Both the position numbers and the translations under genes were made by a program. From NCBI GenBank assembly GCA_000004695.1, contig CM000152.2:416001-480000 (forward strand): a stretch of DNA of 64,000 nt. Direction: 5' to 3'. Positions 16,237 to 29,523 of this stretch are shown here, one piece after another. Source of the stretch: Dictyostelium discoideum (lineage: Eukaryota). Under the pieces are notes generated by a model that saw only the letters and a list, made by a program, of their open reading frames with translations, was not told where the DNA came from and searched no databases. The number at the start of each line of letters is the position of its first letter. Position 1 is the stretch's first letter.

Positions 16237-17844
16237 ATGAAAAAAAGAACAAGAGATAATAATGATAATAATAATAATGAAGAAGTTGATATTAAAAAAT
16301 TGAAAGAAGATAATAACAATAATGAAAATAATAATAATAATAATATTAAAAGTTATGAAGAGGAACTTAAATCAATAAAATCAATTAAAAAATCTGAATT
16401 ATCAATTAAAAGATTACAAAGTATTTCAAAAGAAATTGGATTACCAATAAATGGTAAAAAAGATGAAATATATAATAGAATTGAACAATATTATAATATT
16501 AAAATTAAATTAGAAAAAGAAGCTAAAGAACATGAAGAGAAAAATCCATTTAATAAAACTAAACCAATATTATTAATTGAAAATGATGATGAAATACCAT
16601 TTTGGAAAGTTTTTAGAAATAAATCAATATTTAAAAAGATATTTTCAAATTTTAAATATTCAGAGACATTTAGTTATTCAAGAACATATTCAGTTTTTTT
16701 TATTTTTAAGGATTTTAAAAATGCTACTGAAATCATTAGAGACAAAGTAAAATCAAATAGTTATTTAAATTTTAGAAATTATAGTGATCTGATTGTCCAA
16801 AAAGAAGAAAAAGAAGAAGATGATGATGAAGATGAGTGTTTTATTGGTTTAGTAAAGATTTTAGAAAACATTAGAGATGAAACTGAAGAAAATAGATTGT
16901 TTTATGATAAACTTATAGATAACTATTGTAATAAGTCAATTCACAGTATGGCTTTATTGGCTAGAATGATTACCTGTTCAAATTTGGTGGCTTTGAAATC
17001 ATTTATTAATAAAAAAATTTACTTTCCAGGAGTCGGTTTTAGCCCAACAATTAAAAGATTTTCAGATATTAAAACTTTGGAATATTTAATTAATCTTGAA
17101 CATGATTCTATCAATTCTATTAGTGCATCTATCTATGATTTCAATTTATTTAAAGAACTTAAATTGGGTGAATTAATTCATATGATCAAAATATTATATC
17201 AAAAAGAAAAAATTTCCAAATTTTTAGATTTACCATATTATCATAATTTTATTATAAAATTACCTGAAGATACCCTTTCTTCTGATGATGAAGATAAATT
17301 TATTGATGAACAATTTAAACAACATAAAAAAGAATTTAGAGAAGGTGTTATAAAAAAAGAATCAATTATAAATGAAATTAAAGATATTCAATTTTCAAAT
17401 AAAGAATTAAATGAAAATTTATTTATGGTTTTAAAACCATTAACAAATTGGGATAATTATTTTTCAAAATTAAATGATAATTATAAAGATACTACTAGTA
17501 ATAATAATAACAATGATGATGAAAATGGTAGTGAATTATCTTTATTAAAATTTAATATTTTAGAATTATATAATAATAAATTAAAGAAAAATTTTGAAAA
17601 ATTACAAGTATTATTTAATGTTAAAAAATTTGAATTTCCAGAAAAAGATTTTCAAGACATTGAAAATATTCACAAGGAACAAATTGAAATTGAAAAAGAA
17701 ATGAAGATTCTATTTAAAAAACAAAATGAATTAATTGAAAAACAAAAACAAGAAAAAGAATCTCTTCAGTCAGAAGATATTGTTAAAAAAAGAGATGCAA
17801 TACATAAATATATAGAATTACTTTTTTTTTTTAACATCACCTAG
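16237..17844 (+). CDS. SAP-motif (LSIKRLQSISKEIGLPINGKKDEIYNRI) protein with FWKVFRNK motif and acidic/Lys-rich C-terminus. Probably continues into the next ORF.
   Basis: 535-aa ORF. SAP-like helix-turn-helix near the N-terminus. Ends in a T11 run (17822-17832), after which an open frame in +1 continues without an ATG (see findings). Confidence 0.6.
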   Translation: MKKRTRDNNDNNNNEEVDIKKLKEDNNNNENNNNNNIKSYEEELKSIKSIKKSELSIKRLQSISKEIGLPINGKKDEIYNRIEQYYNIKIKLEKEAKEHEEKNPFNKTKPILLIENDDEIPFWKVFRNKSIFKKIFSNFKYSETFSYSRTYSVFFIFKDFKNATEIIRDKVKSNSYLNFRNYSDLIVQKEEKEEDDDEDECFIGLVKILENIRDETEENRLFYDKLIDNYCNKSIHSMALLARMITCSNLVALKSFINKKIYFPGVGFSPTIKRFSDIKTLEYLINLEHDSINSISASIYDFNLFKELKLGELIHMIKILYQKEKISKFLDLPYYHNFIIKLPEDTLSSDDEDKFIDEQFKQHKKEFREGVIKKESIINEIKDIQFSNKELNENLFMVLKPLTNWDNYFSKLNDNYKDTTSNNNNNDDENGSELSLLKFNILELYNNKLKKNFEKLQVLFNVKKFEFPEKDFQDIENIHKEQIEIEKEMKILFKKQNELIEKQKQEKESLQSEDIVKKRDAIHKYIELLFFFNIT

Positions 17845-17989
17845 AAAAAAGCCAATTGAATATTATTTATGTTTTAAAGATGAAAAAGAAATTATATTAA
17901 ATGCAAAAAATTCAAGAAAGGAATTATTAAAAAATTTTAAGTGGAATTACAGATGTTTTCAGTTCACCAAAGACAAATTAGAGTTGATA

Positions 17990-18725
17990 ATGCATTCAAA
18001 ATTTTTAATTGAAAAACCATATAAACATATGTTTGAAGATTATGTTGGGTCCTATGTAATTAGTAATGTTAAATCAATTGATATGTTGGATCTATTATTT
18101 AAAAATTTTTCAAACAAATTCTTTAAAGACAACAATCAAAATTGGCCATACTGCAATAGTATTGAAATTTTAAAACATTATGAAAAACTAATGGAATCAT
18201 TAGGTAGAAAATTCTCACTCAATTTTAATTATGGTAAACAAAATGAAATGTATCCAAAATTATTAAAAAGAGCTATTAGTAATCCGAAATTATATCAATG
18301 CCCAGGTTCCTCATCTTCCCCTTCAGCAACACCATCATCACCATCAAATGGAGAAAATCCATTAAAAGTTAATAATATTATTGTAAAGGAAAGAGCATTT
18401 TTATCATTATTAGAATTAAATTATTTTAAAACTATTAGATTTGGTAAAAAATTCCAATTTAACAAAAACTCTTTTAAAATTTCAAGATGGATCTCAGATA
18501 ATTGTATTTCAGATATATCAAAAATCACTTTTAATGAAGGTCATTTAACTAAAATTTATATTCAACTACCAAATATAAAATGCAATAAAAATGATCAAAA
18601 TGATGAAGGCTACTATGATTATGTTGAAGAATATATGGATTATGATAATGATTACGAAGAACAATTTTCTTATTTTTCCTCACATATTAATAATAATAAT
18701 GATAATAATAATGATAATAATAATG

Positions 18726-18797
<72 letters not shown>

Positions 18798-19322
18798 GTA
18801 ATAATAATAATAATAATGATAATATTGATAATATTGGTAAAAGATGATGGAAAGATTATAATTATCTTAAATGTTTATCAACTAATTGGAATATTAATTA
18901 ATTCCAACCGTTTAGATGATATATTTAAAATTCCTAAATTACATAAAATTAACGAGGTCCTTGATCATGCACATATATCATTACCATTAGTTGAAAGATT
19001 ATTACAAAATCCAATTAGTTCAGAAATTGGTTTCAGTGTTCAAACCTTTTTAAGGAATTTGGTCTCTTATGGTAATCTTCCAATTATTAAATTTTTAAAT
19101 TTAAATTATAGTCATATCTTCTTAAAAAAGGCAAGTAATGGACGTAATTTAGAAACAAAAGATTTAAAGAATTTACTTTTAATGGCAATTCGTTATGATT
19201 TTCCTCAAATCGCTGAAATTCTTTTTGTTTATGTAAAAGTAACTAGAGCTGAATTCAAAAAAGAAGTGCCACCCAAACAATTCTCGTTAGTAGCTGAACT
19301 CTTCTTTAGGGATTTAAATTAA
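17990..19322 (+). CDS. Hypothetical poly-N protein. Proposed exons ~17816/17990..18836 and 18916..19322. Possibly the 3' part of the 16237 gene.
   Basis: Frame open from 17816 with coding-like composition. The first in-frame ATG is at 17990. Proposed 79-nt intron GGTAAAAG...tttag (18837-18915) joins the poly-N ORF to the ORF ending FFRDLN* and keeps the frame (g+at = Asp). Confidence 0.45.
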
Positions 19323-19838
19323 AAAAACTAAAAATAAAAATAAAAATAAAAACAAAAATAAAACTAAAAATAAAAACAAAAATAAAAATAGTTCAGATCA
19401 CTCTTCTGTTATATATGATATCGACTTGGAATCATATAAAACATATTTTCTTTCCTTTTTTTTCCATGGAAAATTAATATTAAATATATATAAGTTTTTT
19501 GAAAAAAAAAAAAAAAAAAAAGAAATTATTTAATTCTGAATATATAAAAAAAAATCCAAGAACAAATGCCAAAATTAGTAAATATAATGGAGTTAGGCTA
19601 AGTTCCAGAAAAGAGATATCCCAAGTGAATGATCCTGAAAAAAATAGAAGGGCAAATCTTTACAATTCAAAGGATTGCAATTAATAATGGTGGATATTGA
19701 TTTTAAAATAATTTATTAAATAAATTATTTAATCTTTTTTTTTTTTATTTAAAATTTAATTTTATTATTAATTATTATTATTATTATTAATTATTATTTT
19801 TAAAATAAATCAAATTATTTTATTTTTTATATTTTTTT

Positions 19839-21333
19839 TTAATTAAATCTTTTAACTTGAGCATCATGTAATGAATGGTATAACATATGAACCTGATGTT
19901 CTAAACCTCTAACTCTTGCAACATCAACCATTCTTTCATCAGTAATTAAATCATGACCACATTCTAAAATTTGAACAATACCAGAGATATAAATTTCTGA
20001 AGCGATACGAGCAGCTTCACGACGGGCCAACTCTCTAATTAAATCTTGTTTTGTATGATAATGATCTTTAATTCTTTGAGAACATGATTGAAATAAAGGA
20101 TGAAGTTTAAAATAATCAGAATAGAAGCCTTCACGAGTTTGATGATAAATTCTTTCCAATTCTACATCCCATTTACTTAGATCCCTTTCGATTGTATTTG
20201 TAGATTCGTATAGCCTAGTTACTTCATTACAAACCGATACGAATCTATCTCTTAATTCTCTAACTGAACGTTTCTCTATATTTAAAAATGCAATTGCCGA
20301 TTCAACTTTTCTTTTTCTTTTTTCATATTCTTCCAATTGCTTGGTTTCTTTTGATTTAATTTTACGTTTTTTAACAATAACTTCAACTTGTTCATCGATT
20401 GCCAATTTTTGATTCATCAACTCTTGAAGGAAATTTATAATTGTACTACCAACTTGTTCACAATCTGCAACTATTTTTGCATTTTGTTTCAATTCTAAAT
20501 TCACTTGTTTCTTTGTTATTCGTTTTTCAATTAATTGATGAATTTCTGTACTTAAATTATGAAGATGTGATGTTAATAATACCCTATTTTTAAATTGAAT
20601 TCTTTCAATTCTATATTTTGCTGTTGCTAAAACTTCTGAAATCTTTTGATTTAAATCTTCTTCATTAATAAAATTACCAATATTTAAATTTAAATTTTGT
20701 GCTAAATTATTTAATTGTTCTTTTTTATTAAAATTTGGTGATTGTTGTTGTTGGGGTTGGGATTGGGGTTGGGGTTGTTGTTTATATGATCCACCACTTG
20801 AAGATAATTGAATTGGATTTTGAATTGGGTTTTGATTTGGTGATGATATTAAATTACCACAACTATTATATTTACCAATTGGAGGTTTATGATTTGTTGT
20901 TGATGGTGATGGTGGTAATTCATTATAACTATTATTAATACTATTATTATTATTATTACTACTGCTACTACTGCCATTTACTATTGGACTATTACTATTA
21001 TTATTTATATTAAATTTATTTTGAGGAATTGGTATTTGTGGAGAAGAAATTGAAGCAGAATATGGACTTTGATTACCTTTTTTAATGATATTATTATTTA
21101 TAGAAGAGCTATTATTAATTATTGGTGATGATGTCACAATATTGGAAGGATTTTTTAACATTGAAATCTTTTTTTTCTTTAATTCTAAATTTGCTTTCAT
21201 TTCATTTAATTGCTCATCAAGTGATTGAATTTGTTGTGTTTGATCCCTCATTTCTTGTTTAACTTTTTGATAATCTTGAATAATTGCAACTATTTTTTCT
21301 TTTTCAATTGAAATTTCATTATCATTATTATTT

Positions 21334-21412
<79 letters not shown>

Positions 21413-22592
21413 TAGTACTGTTATTGTTAACAGTATTATTATTATTATCATTATTAATTATATTGGTGTTATTATTGTTTTTATTATTATTAGTATTGTT
21501 AGTATTATTAGTATTATTATTAGTGTTATTAGTATTATTATTATTATTAGTGTTATTATTTTTAGTATTATTAATAATTGAAGATGATGAAAGTGTTCTT
21601 GAAATTTGTAATAATGGAGTTTGATGATTTGAAATTATTAATTGAGAAGGTGGTGATTTATAATCCAAAGTTGGATCAATATCAATATCATTACAATTTT
21701 CATAATCAATAGTATTATTAATAATATTATTTTCTTTATTTGTTTGAGTCAATTTTAATTTTTCTTCAATTTCTTGTAAGAATTGATCAGAAGATAAACC
21801 ACCATTTAAAGATGAAACACTAATTGTTCTGCCTAAAACGGCACGATTATCAAAACTATTATTTAATGAAGAACCCAAAAGTGATGGACTTTTTGAATTG
21901 TAATTATTTTTTTCCTGTTTTAATAAAAGATGTTGTTTAATCATCCAATTTTCTTCGTTTCCATTTTGTTGTGATTGTTGAAGATTATTATTATTATGAC
22001 TTTTATTTAATTCATAATCTTCTTCTTCATCACAATCATCATACTCATCATCGTATTCATCATTATTTAAATTATTATTAGAATCAATTAATGTTTTGTT
22101 ATTACTATCATGTATTTGATTTTGTTGTTGTTGTTGTTGTAATTGTTGTTGATAAATTCCAATAATTTCTCTACTTAATGGTCCAATTACAGATTTTCTT
22201 AAAACTTCACGAAGATCTGTTATTTCATCTATTAAATGATTACTTTTTATATCATTTTTGTGAAATGGGTTTGTAATACCAACATTGGCAAAAGAAGAAG
22301 CACTACTAACAGTAGAATAGGTAATAAAACTTGTTGCTTTGGTATTGTTAGATAAATCATTTGTGCTTTGTGTCGATTGTGTCGTTGGTTGAGATTGGGA
22401 CTTTTGTAATCCATTATTATTATTACTATTATTATTTTGATTCTCTTTTTTACTGTTTTCAATATTCTAAAATAAAAAAAAATAAATATTTTAGTTAGTT
22501 GGAATAATAGATTGATTGTATAAAAAATAAATTAAAAAAAAATTAATTGAATAAAAAATAAATAAATAGAAATGTACTTTTGAAGAAATCAT
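19839..22592 (-). CDS. Coiled-coil, poly-N/Q-rich protein. Exons 22578..22592 (15-nt first exon MISSK) and 19839..22466.
   Basis: The minus-strand frame stays open from 22466 down to the stop at 19839, but its first ATG is only at 21944. Upstream lies ATGATTTCTTCAAAA followed by GTACAT, and a 111-nt AT-rich intron ends in ttttAG at 22467. This gives a phase-0 junction into NIENSKKENQ... The C-terminal half is predicted coiled coil (possible BAR-like). Confidence 0.6.
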
Positions 22593-23644
22593 TTGATGGA
22601 TTAAATTTAAATTATTTTTAAAGACTTTTTATTTATTATTATTATTTTTTTTTTTTTTTTTAAGATACTTTTACAGTAAAAAATAAATAAAATAATTGGA
22701 AATAATAAACCAAAAAACAAATAAATAAAAAATAATAATAATAAAATAAAAATAAAGTAATTTAAAAGGAATTTGATGTATTACAAAAAAAAATTATAAA
22801 AAAAAATTTAAAAAAAAAAATAATAATAATAAACAAATAGGAAAGGAAAATAGTGGGACAAAAAAAAAAAAAAAAAATGAATAAAAAAATAAATTAAAAA
22901 AGTAATAAAAGATAAAAATAAAAAAAATAAAAAAAATCATTTAAATCATTTTTAAATAATAATATAATAATTTTTTAAAAAAAAAAATATATATATATTA
23001 AAAAAATATTTAATCTACAAAAACACACACCTAACACACTTTAAAAAAAACAACCAAGACAAATACTAACTTTTTTCTGTCTCTTTGTGGGTTTATTTTT
23101 ATCTTTTTATTTTTTTTTTTTTTTTAATCTTAGAAAAAAATAACGAAATCAATCAAAAAAAAAAATTAAAAATTAAAAATAAAAAATAAAAATAAAAAAT
23201 AATATTTGTCAAACAATTGTATTCAATGTATGGTTTAAAAATAACTATAAAAAAAAAAATAAAAATAATAAAAAATCATTGAATAAAAAAAAAAAAAAAA
23301 TAATAAAAAATTTTTTCATAAAAGTTTTAAACGGTTAATATTTTTTTAAAAATTTTTAAGATATTTTTCGATTCATTTGAAAAAAAAAAAAAAAAATGGA
23401 AAATATCTTTGTGGGGGGTCATTCTGCTAATTTTCATTATTTTATTTTTTTTTTTTTTTATTTTCAATTTTTTTATCATAAGATTCCTAAAAAACACAAT
23501 TTTTTTTTGTTTGTTTTCTCACATACATTATTTTTTTTTTTTTTTTTTTTTTTTCTTTTCTTTTTTTCCAAATTATTATTAATTGATTCAACATCAATTT
23601 AGTATGTTTTTAATCAAATAATAATAATTATTATTTATTAATAT

Positions 23645-24608
23645 ATGAATTTAAAAGAAGCCATTTCAAATAATTTTATTTTAAATTCTCTTTTAAATCA
23701 ACAACCAACACACCAACTACAACAAAATGAATCGATAGAAATAATTGATAAAAACAAAGATAAAGAAAACGAACAATCATTGTCAGAATTACAATGTGAA
23801 TATTCAATATGTGCAATGTTTTCAATTTACTATCCAATTATTAAAAATTTTCAAAATTTTTCAATAAATAATGAAGAAAATAATAATAATAATAATAATA
23901 ATAATAGTCAATCATCAAAGAATGAAGATGAAACCTTTATACCAAAACTTGTAAATCCAATATCTTGGGGTGAACTAACAGATTCAGAATCAATTTATTC
24001 AACATCGCCTTCCTCCTCGATGTATTCATTTTCAGATATTGACGATACCAATAATAACAATAATAATAATAATAAAAATAATAATTCAAGCCAAGACAAT
24101 GATAAAAATAATAATAATAATAATAATAAAAGTAAAAAACAAAAAAATAAAGGAATTAAAAAACTTTTTATTGGTGGTATCAATTTTGATGATTTAAAAG
24201 GGAATGAACAATTAAAACAAATTAGAATACAAAAATTAATTCACTTATTTCAATCATTTGGTTCGGTCCTTAAAACTTCTTATCATTGGGATAAAGGGTA
24301 TGTAGTTTGATAAATAAATAAAATAAATGAAAAAAATAAATGAAAAAAAAAAATAAAAAAACTAAAATTTAATAAATATTTAAAAAATAAAATGCAGATA
24401 TTTTTTTATTAGTTATTCAAATAATAAAGTATCACAAACTGTAGTTGATTCATTTTCAACAACTAAAAAAAGACAAAAATATATTGATAAAATTAAAGAT
24501 TCTTTAAAAGATTCTGAAAAATGTGCAACCCCTCAATTAAACTTTTATGTTAGATTCCCAAATAACTATTCTTCTGTTAGTGCTAAAAACAGTGGTAATC
24601 AAAAATAA
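23645..24608 (+). CDS. Hypothetical poly-N/Ser-rich protein. Exons 23645..24297 and 24413 (or 24398)..24608.
   Basis: ORF MNLKEAISNNF...KKLFIGGINFDDLKGNEQLKQ ends at the GTATGT donor (24298). Two in-frame AG acceptors (24397, 24412). Exon 2 ends ...SAKNSGNQK*. Confidence 0.5.
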
Positions 24609-25219
24609 AAACAATGACAAATTAGTTAAAAAAAAAAAATGTATAAAAAAAATAAAACAAAAACCTTAAATATCTATTTCATAAATAGCACAATATTTGC
24701 ACTTCTTTTTTTATTTTTATTTTTTTTTTTTTTTTTTTTGAAATTAAAATTTCAAATAATTGTTTAAAAATAATTTCTAATAATAAAAATAAAATGGTTC
24801 GTATGTGAAAAGAAATTTGGGTGTTTGGTATAGAAATTTTTTTTTTTTTTTTTTGAAATAATATTATTCTTACAAACTTTTTTTCTTTGTTATGTTTGAA
24901 TGATGGATTTATAATAGTTTGAAAAAAAAAAAAAAAAAAAAAAAAGAAAATGAATTTATATATATATTTTTTTTTTTAAATATTTGCTTTATTTATTGTG
25001 ACATTCAATAATTCATGATTATTTTTTTTTTTATTTTTTTATTTTTTTTTTTAGAATTTTTTTTTTTTTTTATGATTTTATTATTTTAAAGTTTATTGAA
25101 AAACTAAAAAACTTTTTGGTGGTTGATATTGATACTATTATAAAAAAAAGGGGTGTGTGATTGATAAATTAAGAGTTTGGGTGGGAGGGAGGGATGAGTG
25201 TTGATGAAATACAATTTGT

Positions 25220-25976
25220 TTATAAAATGTTGCAACCACCTGAACTTTTCTTCTTTTTGCTGAGTGGTGGGTTGATAACGGCTCTAATGGCTTCATCAAA
25301 AACAGTCTTGAGACCTTTTTGGGTAAGAGCTGAACATTCAAGATATTTAACAGCGTTGATTTCTTTCATTTTAGCTAAACCTTGTTCGTATGAAATTGGG
25401 TAGAGTTTCTTTTCTTTTAATCTATCTTGAGTTTCCTTATCTTCACGCATATCCAACTATAATAATAATAATAATAAAAAGAGAGAGAGAGAGAGGAAAA
25501 AAAAAAAAGGAATTACGAAAAAGTTAGAAATTAATAAAAAAATTTAAAAAATAATAATAATTTTTTTTTACTTACTTTAGTACCAACTAAAATGATTGGA
25601 ACATTTGGTGCATGATGACAAATTTCTGGATGCCATTTACCATTAACATTTTCAAATGATGATGGTGAAATGATAGAGAAACAAATTAAGAAAACATCAG
25701 TTTGTGGATATGAGAGTGGACGTAAACGATCATAATCTTCTTGACCAGCAGTATCCCATAAGCCGAGATTGATTGGTTTACCATCAACCATTACATTAGC
25801 GCTGTAGTTATCGAAAACTGTTGGGATATATTCACCTGGGAATGCATTGGTGGTGTAAGAAATTAAAAGACAGGTTTTACCTACAGCACCATCACCGACA
25901 ACGACACATTTAATTGCTATATTTTAATTAAATAAAAATTAAAAAAAAATAAAAATTATTAGTATATCAATAAAAC

Positions 25977-26007
<31 letters not shown>

Positions 26008-26067
26008 CCCTCTTCACTTTTTTTTTTTTTTTTTTCTAAATATACAAAACTAAAATTTACCTTGCAT
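25220..26067 (-). CDS. Rac1-type Rho-family small GTPase (194 aa, Dictyostelium Rac1A/B/C-like). Exons 26061..26067 (ATGCAAG), 25576..25916, 25220..25456.
   Basis: Assembled protein [70 protein letters not shown]...ILVGTK|[10 protein letters not shown]...[13 protein letters not shown]1-G5 motifs present. Polybasic region plus CAAX box CNIL. 7-nt first exon followed by GTAAAT. Introns of 144 and 119 nt. Confidence 0.85.
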
Positions 26068-27105
26068 TTTATTATTGTTTTATGTTATTAAAAAATTTAT
26101 TTATATGAAAAAAATCTACTACTCAGTGATAAAATAATAATAAAAAAAATTAGTATTTATTATTATTTAAATTTTAATTTTTTTTTTTTTTTTTTTAATA
26201 AAAAAAAATATATATATATATTTATAATATTATTTAATAAAAAAATACTTACTACTACAGGTTGATTACTACTAATTCCACAATTTGATATATAACAATA
26301 AATTTTTTTTTTATTTTTATATATAAATATTTTTATATGGGGGTTGAGAGAGAAAGAATTGAAAAATAATAATAAAAAAAAAAATAAAAAAAAAAAAAAA
26401 ATTTAAAAAAAAAAAAAAATTTGAAAAAAAAAAAAAATAAAAAAAAAAAAAAAATAAAAAAAAATAAAAAAAAATAAAAAAAAAAAAAAGTTAGTAGATT
26501 TTTTTTGGTGGTTTTAATGTGAAAATAGAGATTAATCCAAAAAAAAAAAAATAATAAATGAAATAAAATAAAAAAAATATGGATTACAATATTATATTAT
26601 TATTTTAATTGTTGAAGAAAATAAAATAAAAATTATTTATTATTTTATTTTGCTATATTTTATTTTAAAATAGAGTGTGGGAAGAGAAAAAAAAAAAATA
26701 AAAAAAAAAAATAAAAAAAAATTTAAAATTGAAGTTTGAGTTTCAAATAAAATGGTTTTGGGTGCGGATGATAATAAAAAAAAAAAAAAAGAGAAAAAAA
26801 TAATAAAGATAAAAATGGAAAATAGAAAAATATCAACATTTTATTTTATCCTATAATTGTTATTCTTTTTATTATTGTTATTATTATTATTATTTTTTTT
26901 TTTTTTTATTCTTTTATAATTATTTATTTATTTTTAATTTATAGTTATCATTATTACTATTTTTATTTTTATTAAAAAAAACAAATATTCAAAAGAAAAA
27001 AAATAAAATAAAATAAAAAAAGACAATATAAATATAAATAAAAAAATATAAACTTACATACAAAGGGTTTATTGGTTAATTATATATATTTTTAAAAAAA
27101 TTCAC

Positions 27106-27140
<35 letters not shown>

Positions 27141-27792
27141 TCACGATTTCAAAAATTTTTAAAAAAAAAAAATAAAAAAAAAAAAAATAAAAAAAAAATT
27201 AAATTTTTTTTTAAAAAAAATAAAAAAAAAAAAAAAAGAAAAAAAGGTGGCCATCAATTATAATAATCAAAGTTGAAAAAAAAAAAAAAAAAAAAAAAAA
27301 TAATAAAAAATAATAAACAAAATAAAAAACAAAATTAATAAAACTTTAATTCCTTTTAAAATTATTTACCTTTTTTTTTTTATTTATTAATTTATTAATA
27401 TTAATTTATTTATTTATTAATTTTTTTTTATTTTTTTTTATTATTATTTGTTTAATAAATTATTTGTTTTTTGAAATGAGAATAAAAATTTTTTTTTTAT
27501 TTTCAATTTATAAAAAATTTTATTATTGAACTTTTATTCTATTTATAGATGACTGAAAAAAATTTGTTCTTTGAAATTTTTAACACAATATTTTTTCGTT
27601 TAAAAAAAACTCCCAAAAAAAAAAATCAAAAAAAATTATAAAAATAAAAAAAATCAAAATCTTTGATTCTTTGATTGTGGTATTAAGATAGAGATGAAAT
27701 GAAAATATTAATTTTTTTTTTTTTTTTTTTAATATTATTAAATTATTTTTTTTTTTGATTAAAAATTTTTTTTTTTTTTATTTTATTTTTTT

Positions 27793-27875
27793 AATTTTAT
27801 TTTTTAATTATTTTTTAATTATTTTTTTAATTATTTTTTAATTATTTTTTAATTATTTTTTAATTATTTTTTTAC
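27793..27875. repeat. (TTAATTATTTTT)n 12-bp tandem repeat, ~7 units, in the divergent intergenic region
   Basis: Direct reading of ttaattattttt repeated. Confidence 0.9.
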
Positions 27876-28472
27876 CAGATCTTTGCCATAAAGTAAAAAA
27901 AAAATATAAATAATTTTTAATAAAAATAAAAATTGAAATCCACTGTCATGTCATGTCATTAAATATCAACTAACAATTTATTATTATTTAGTTTTTTTTT
28001 TTTTTTAAATGAAATAAAATAAAAGGGATATTATTTTCACTTATCCTTTTATATTTATTTTTTTTTTCAACTTTTTTTTTATAAAAATAAAAAAAAAAAA
28101 TAAAATAAAATCATAATATCTATTATTTGAACATCAAAAAAAAGTATCAAAAAAAAAAAAAAAAAAAAAAAATGTGAAATAATATAAAAGATAGAATTAT
28201 TTTATAATTAATGTGAATAAACAAATAAAATTAAAATCAATTTTATTTTTTTTTTATTTTTTATTGTTTTGCTTAATTTGGGTAAAAATAATTAAAATGC
28301 AAATCAAATAGATAATATTTAAAAATCAGAATAAAAATTAACCACCAAAATAAGAATAGATTTTTTTTTTTTTTTTTTTATTTCATTGAAAACTTTTACT
28401 TTTTTTTTTTTTAAATTTTTTTTTGTATTAGGACTTTAAAATTAGTTTTATTTTTTTTTTTTTTCTGATGTC

Positions 28473-28511
<39 letters not shown>

Positions 28512-28625
28512 TAAAAAATTTAAAGAAAATTAAAATAAAAAAAAAAATCAAAGAATAAAAGATTTACCAAAAATAACAACCACAACAACAGAAACAACAA
28601 CGACAACAACCAACAGGAGTGCATC

Positions 28626-29492
28626 ATGTGTGGAATATCGGTAATCATAAATGGAATTAAAATTTTAGAACCAATAAATAAAAATGGTCAAAATAAGGAT
28701 TTAAAAGAAACTATAACAACATCAACATCAACACCAACACCAATTGCAATTGGTGATTATTATACAATTAAAAATGATATTGAATCAAGATTAATCAATA
28801 GAGGACCAGATTCAATAAAAAGTAAATTGATTGAAATTAAATGTTTTCAAAAAGATATTGATAAAGAGATTAGCATAAGTATGGAATTAATATCATCAGT
28901 TCTCGGACTTAGAGGACCATTAACAATTCAACCATTAACTGATGAAAATAATGGTAATACATTATTATGGAATGGTGAATTATTTGGTGGTTATGAAATT
29001 GGTATTCATGATAATGATACTTGTTTATTATTACATTTATTATCAAAAATTAATGAAAATGAAAGTGAAAATCAAGAAATCAATGAAAATGAAATTGAGA
29101 GAGAATTAATTGAAATTATGTTGAAAATAAAAGGGCCATTCGCATTTTTATATTGGCAAGAGAAAAAAAGAAAACTTTGGTTTGGTAGAGATGTATTAGG
29201 TAGAAGAAGTTTATTAGTAAATAATGAAACCATTATCAATGATAAACCATCACTAATCATATCGTCAATGGGTTCATTTCCAAATGGTATCGATGATTCA
29301 ATAAGGTTACCAAAATGGGATGAAATTAACACATTTGGTTTATTTTCAATCCATTTTCCAAAAATTATTGAAACTAATATAATTCATTTTAAAATCCATC
29401 CATGGGATATTTCAAATATTAATTTAAATATTGGTATGATTTCATTAGATTATGATAATGATAATGATAATGAAGAAGAATCAAATACAAAT

Positions 29493-29523
<31 letters not shown>

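Noticed and set aside
23396-23602. Short ORFs in A/T homopolymer-rich intergenic DNA (e.g. 23396..23602, 42303..43002, 58161..59473)
   Set aside because: Translations of poly-A/poly-T tracts (poly-K/poly-F) with no coding signal.
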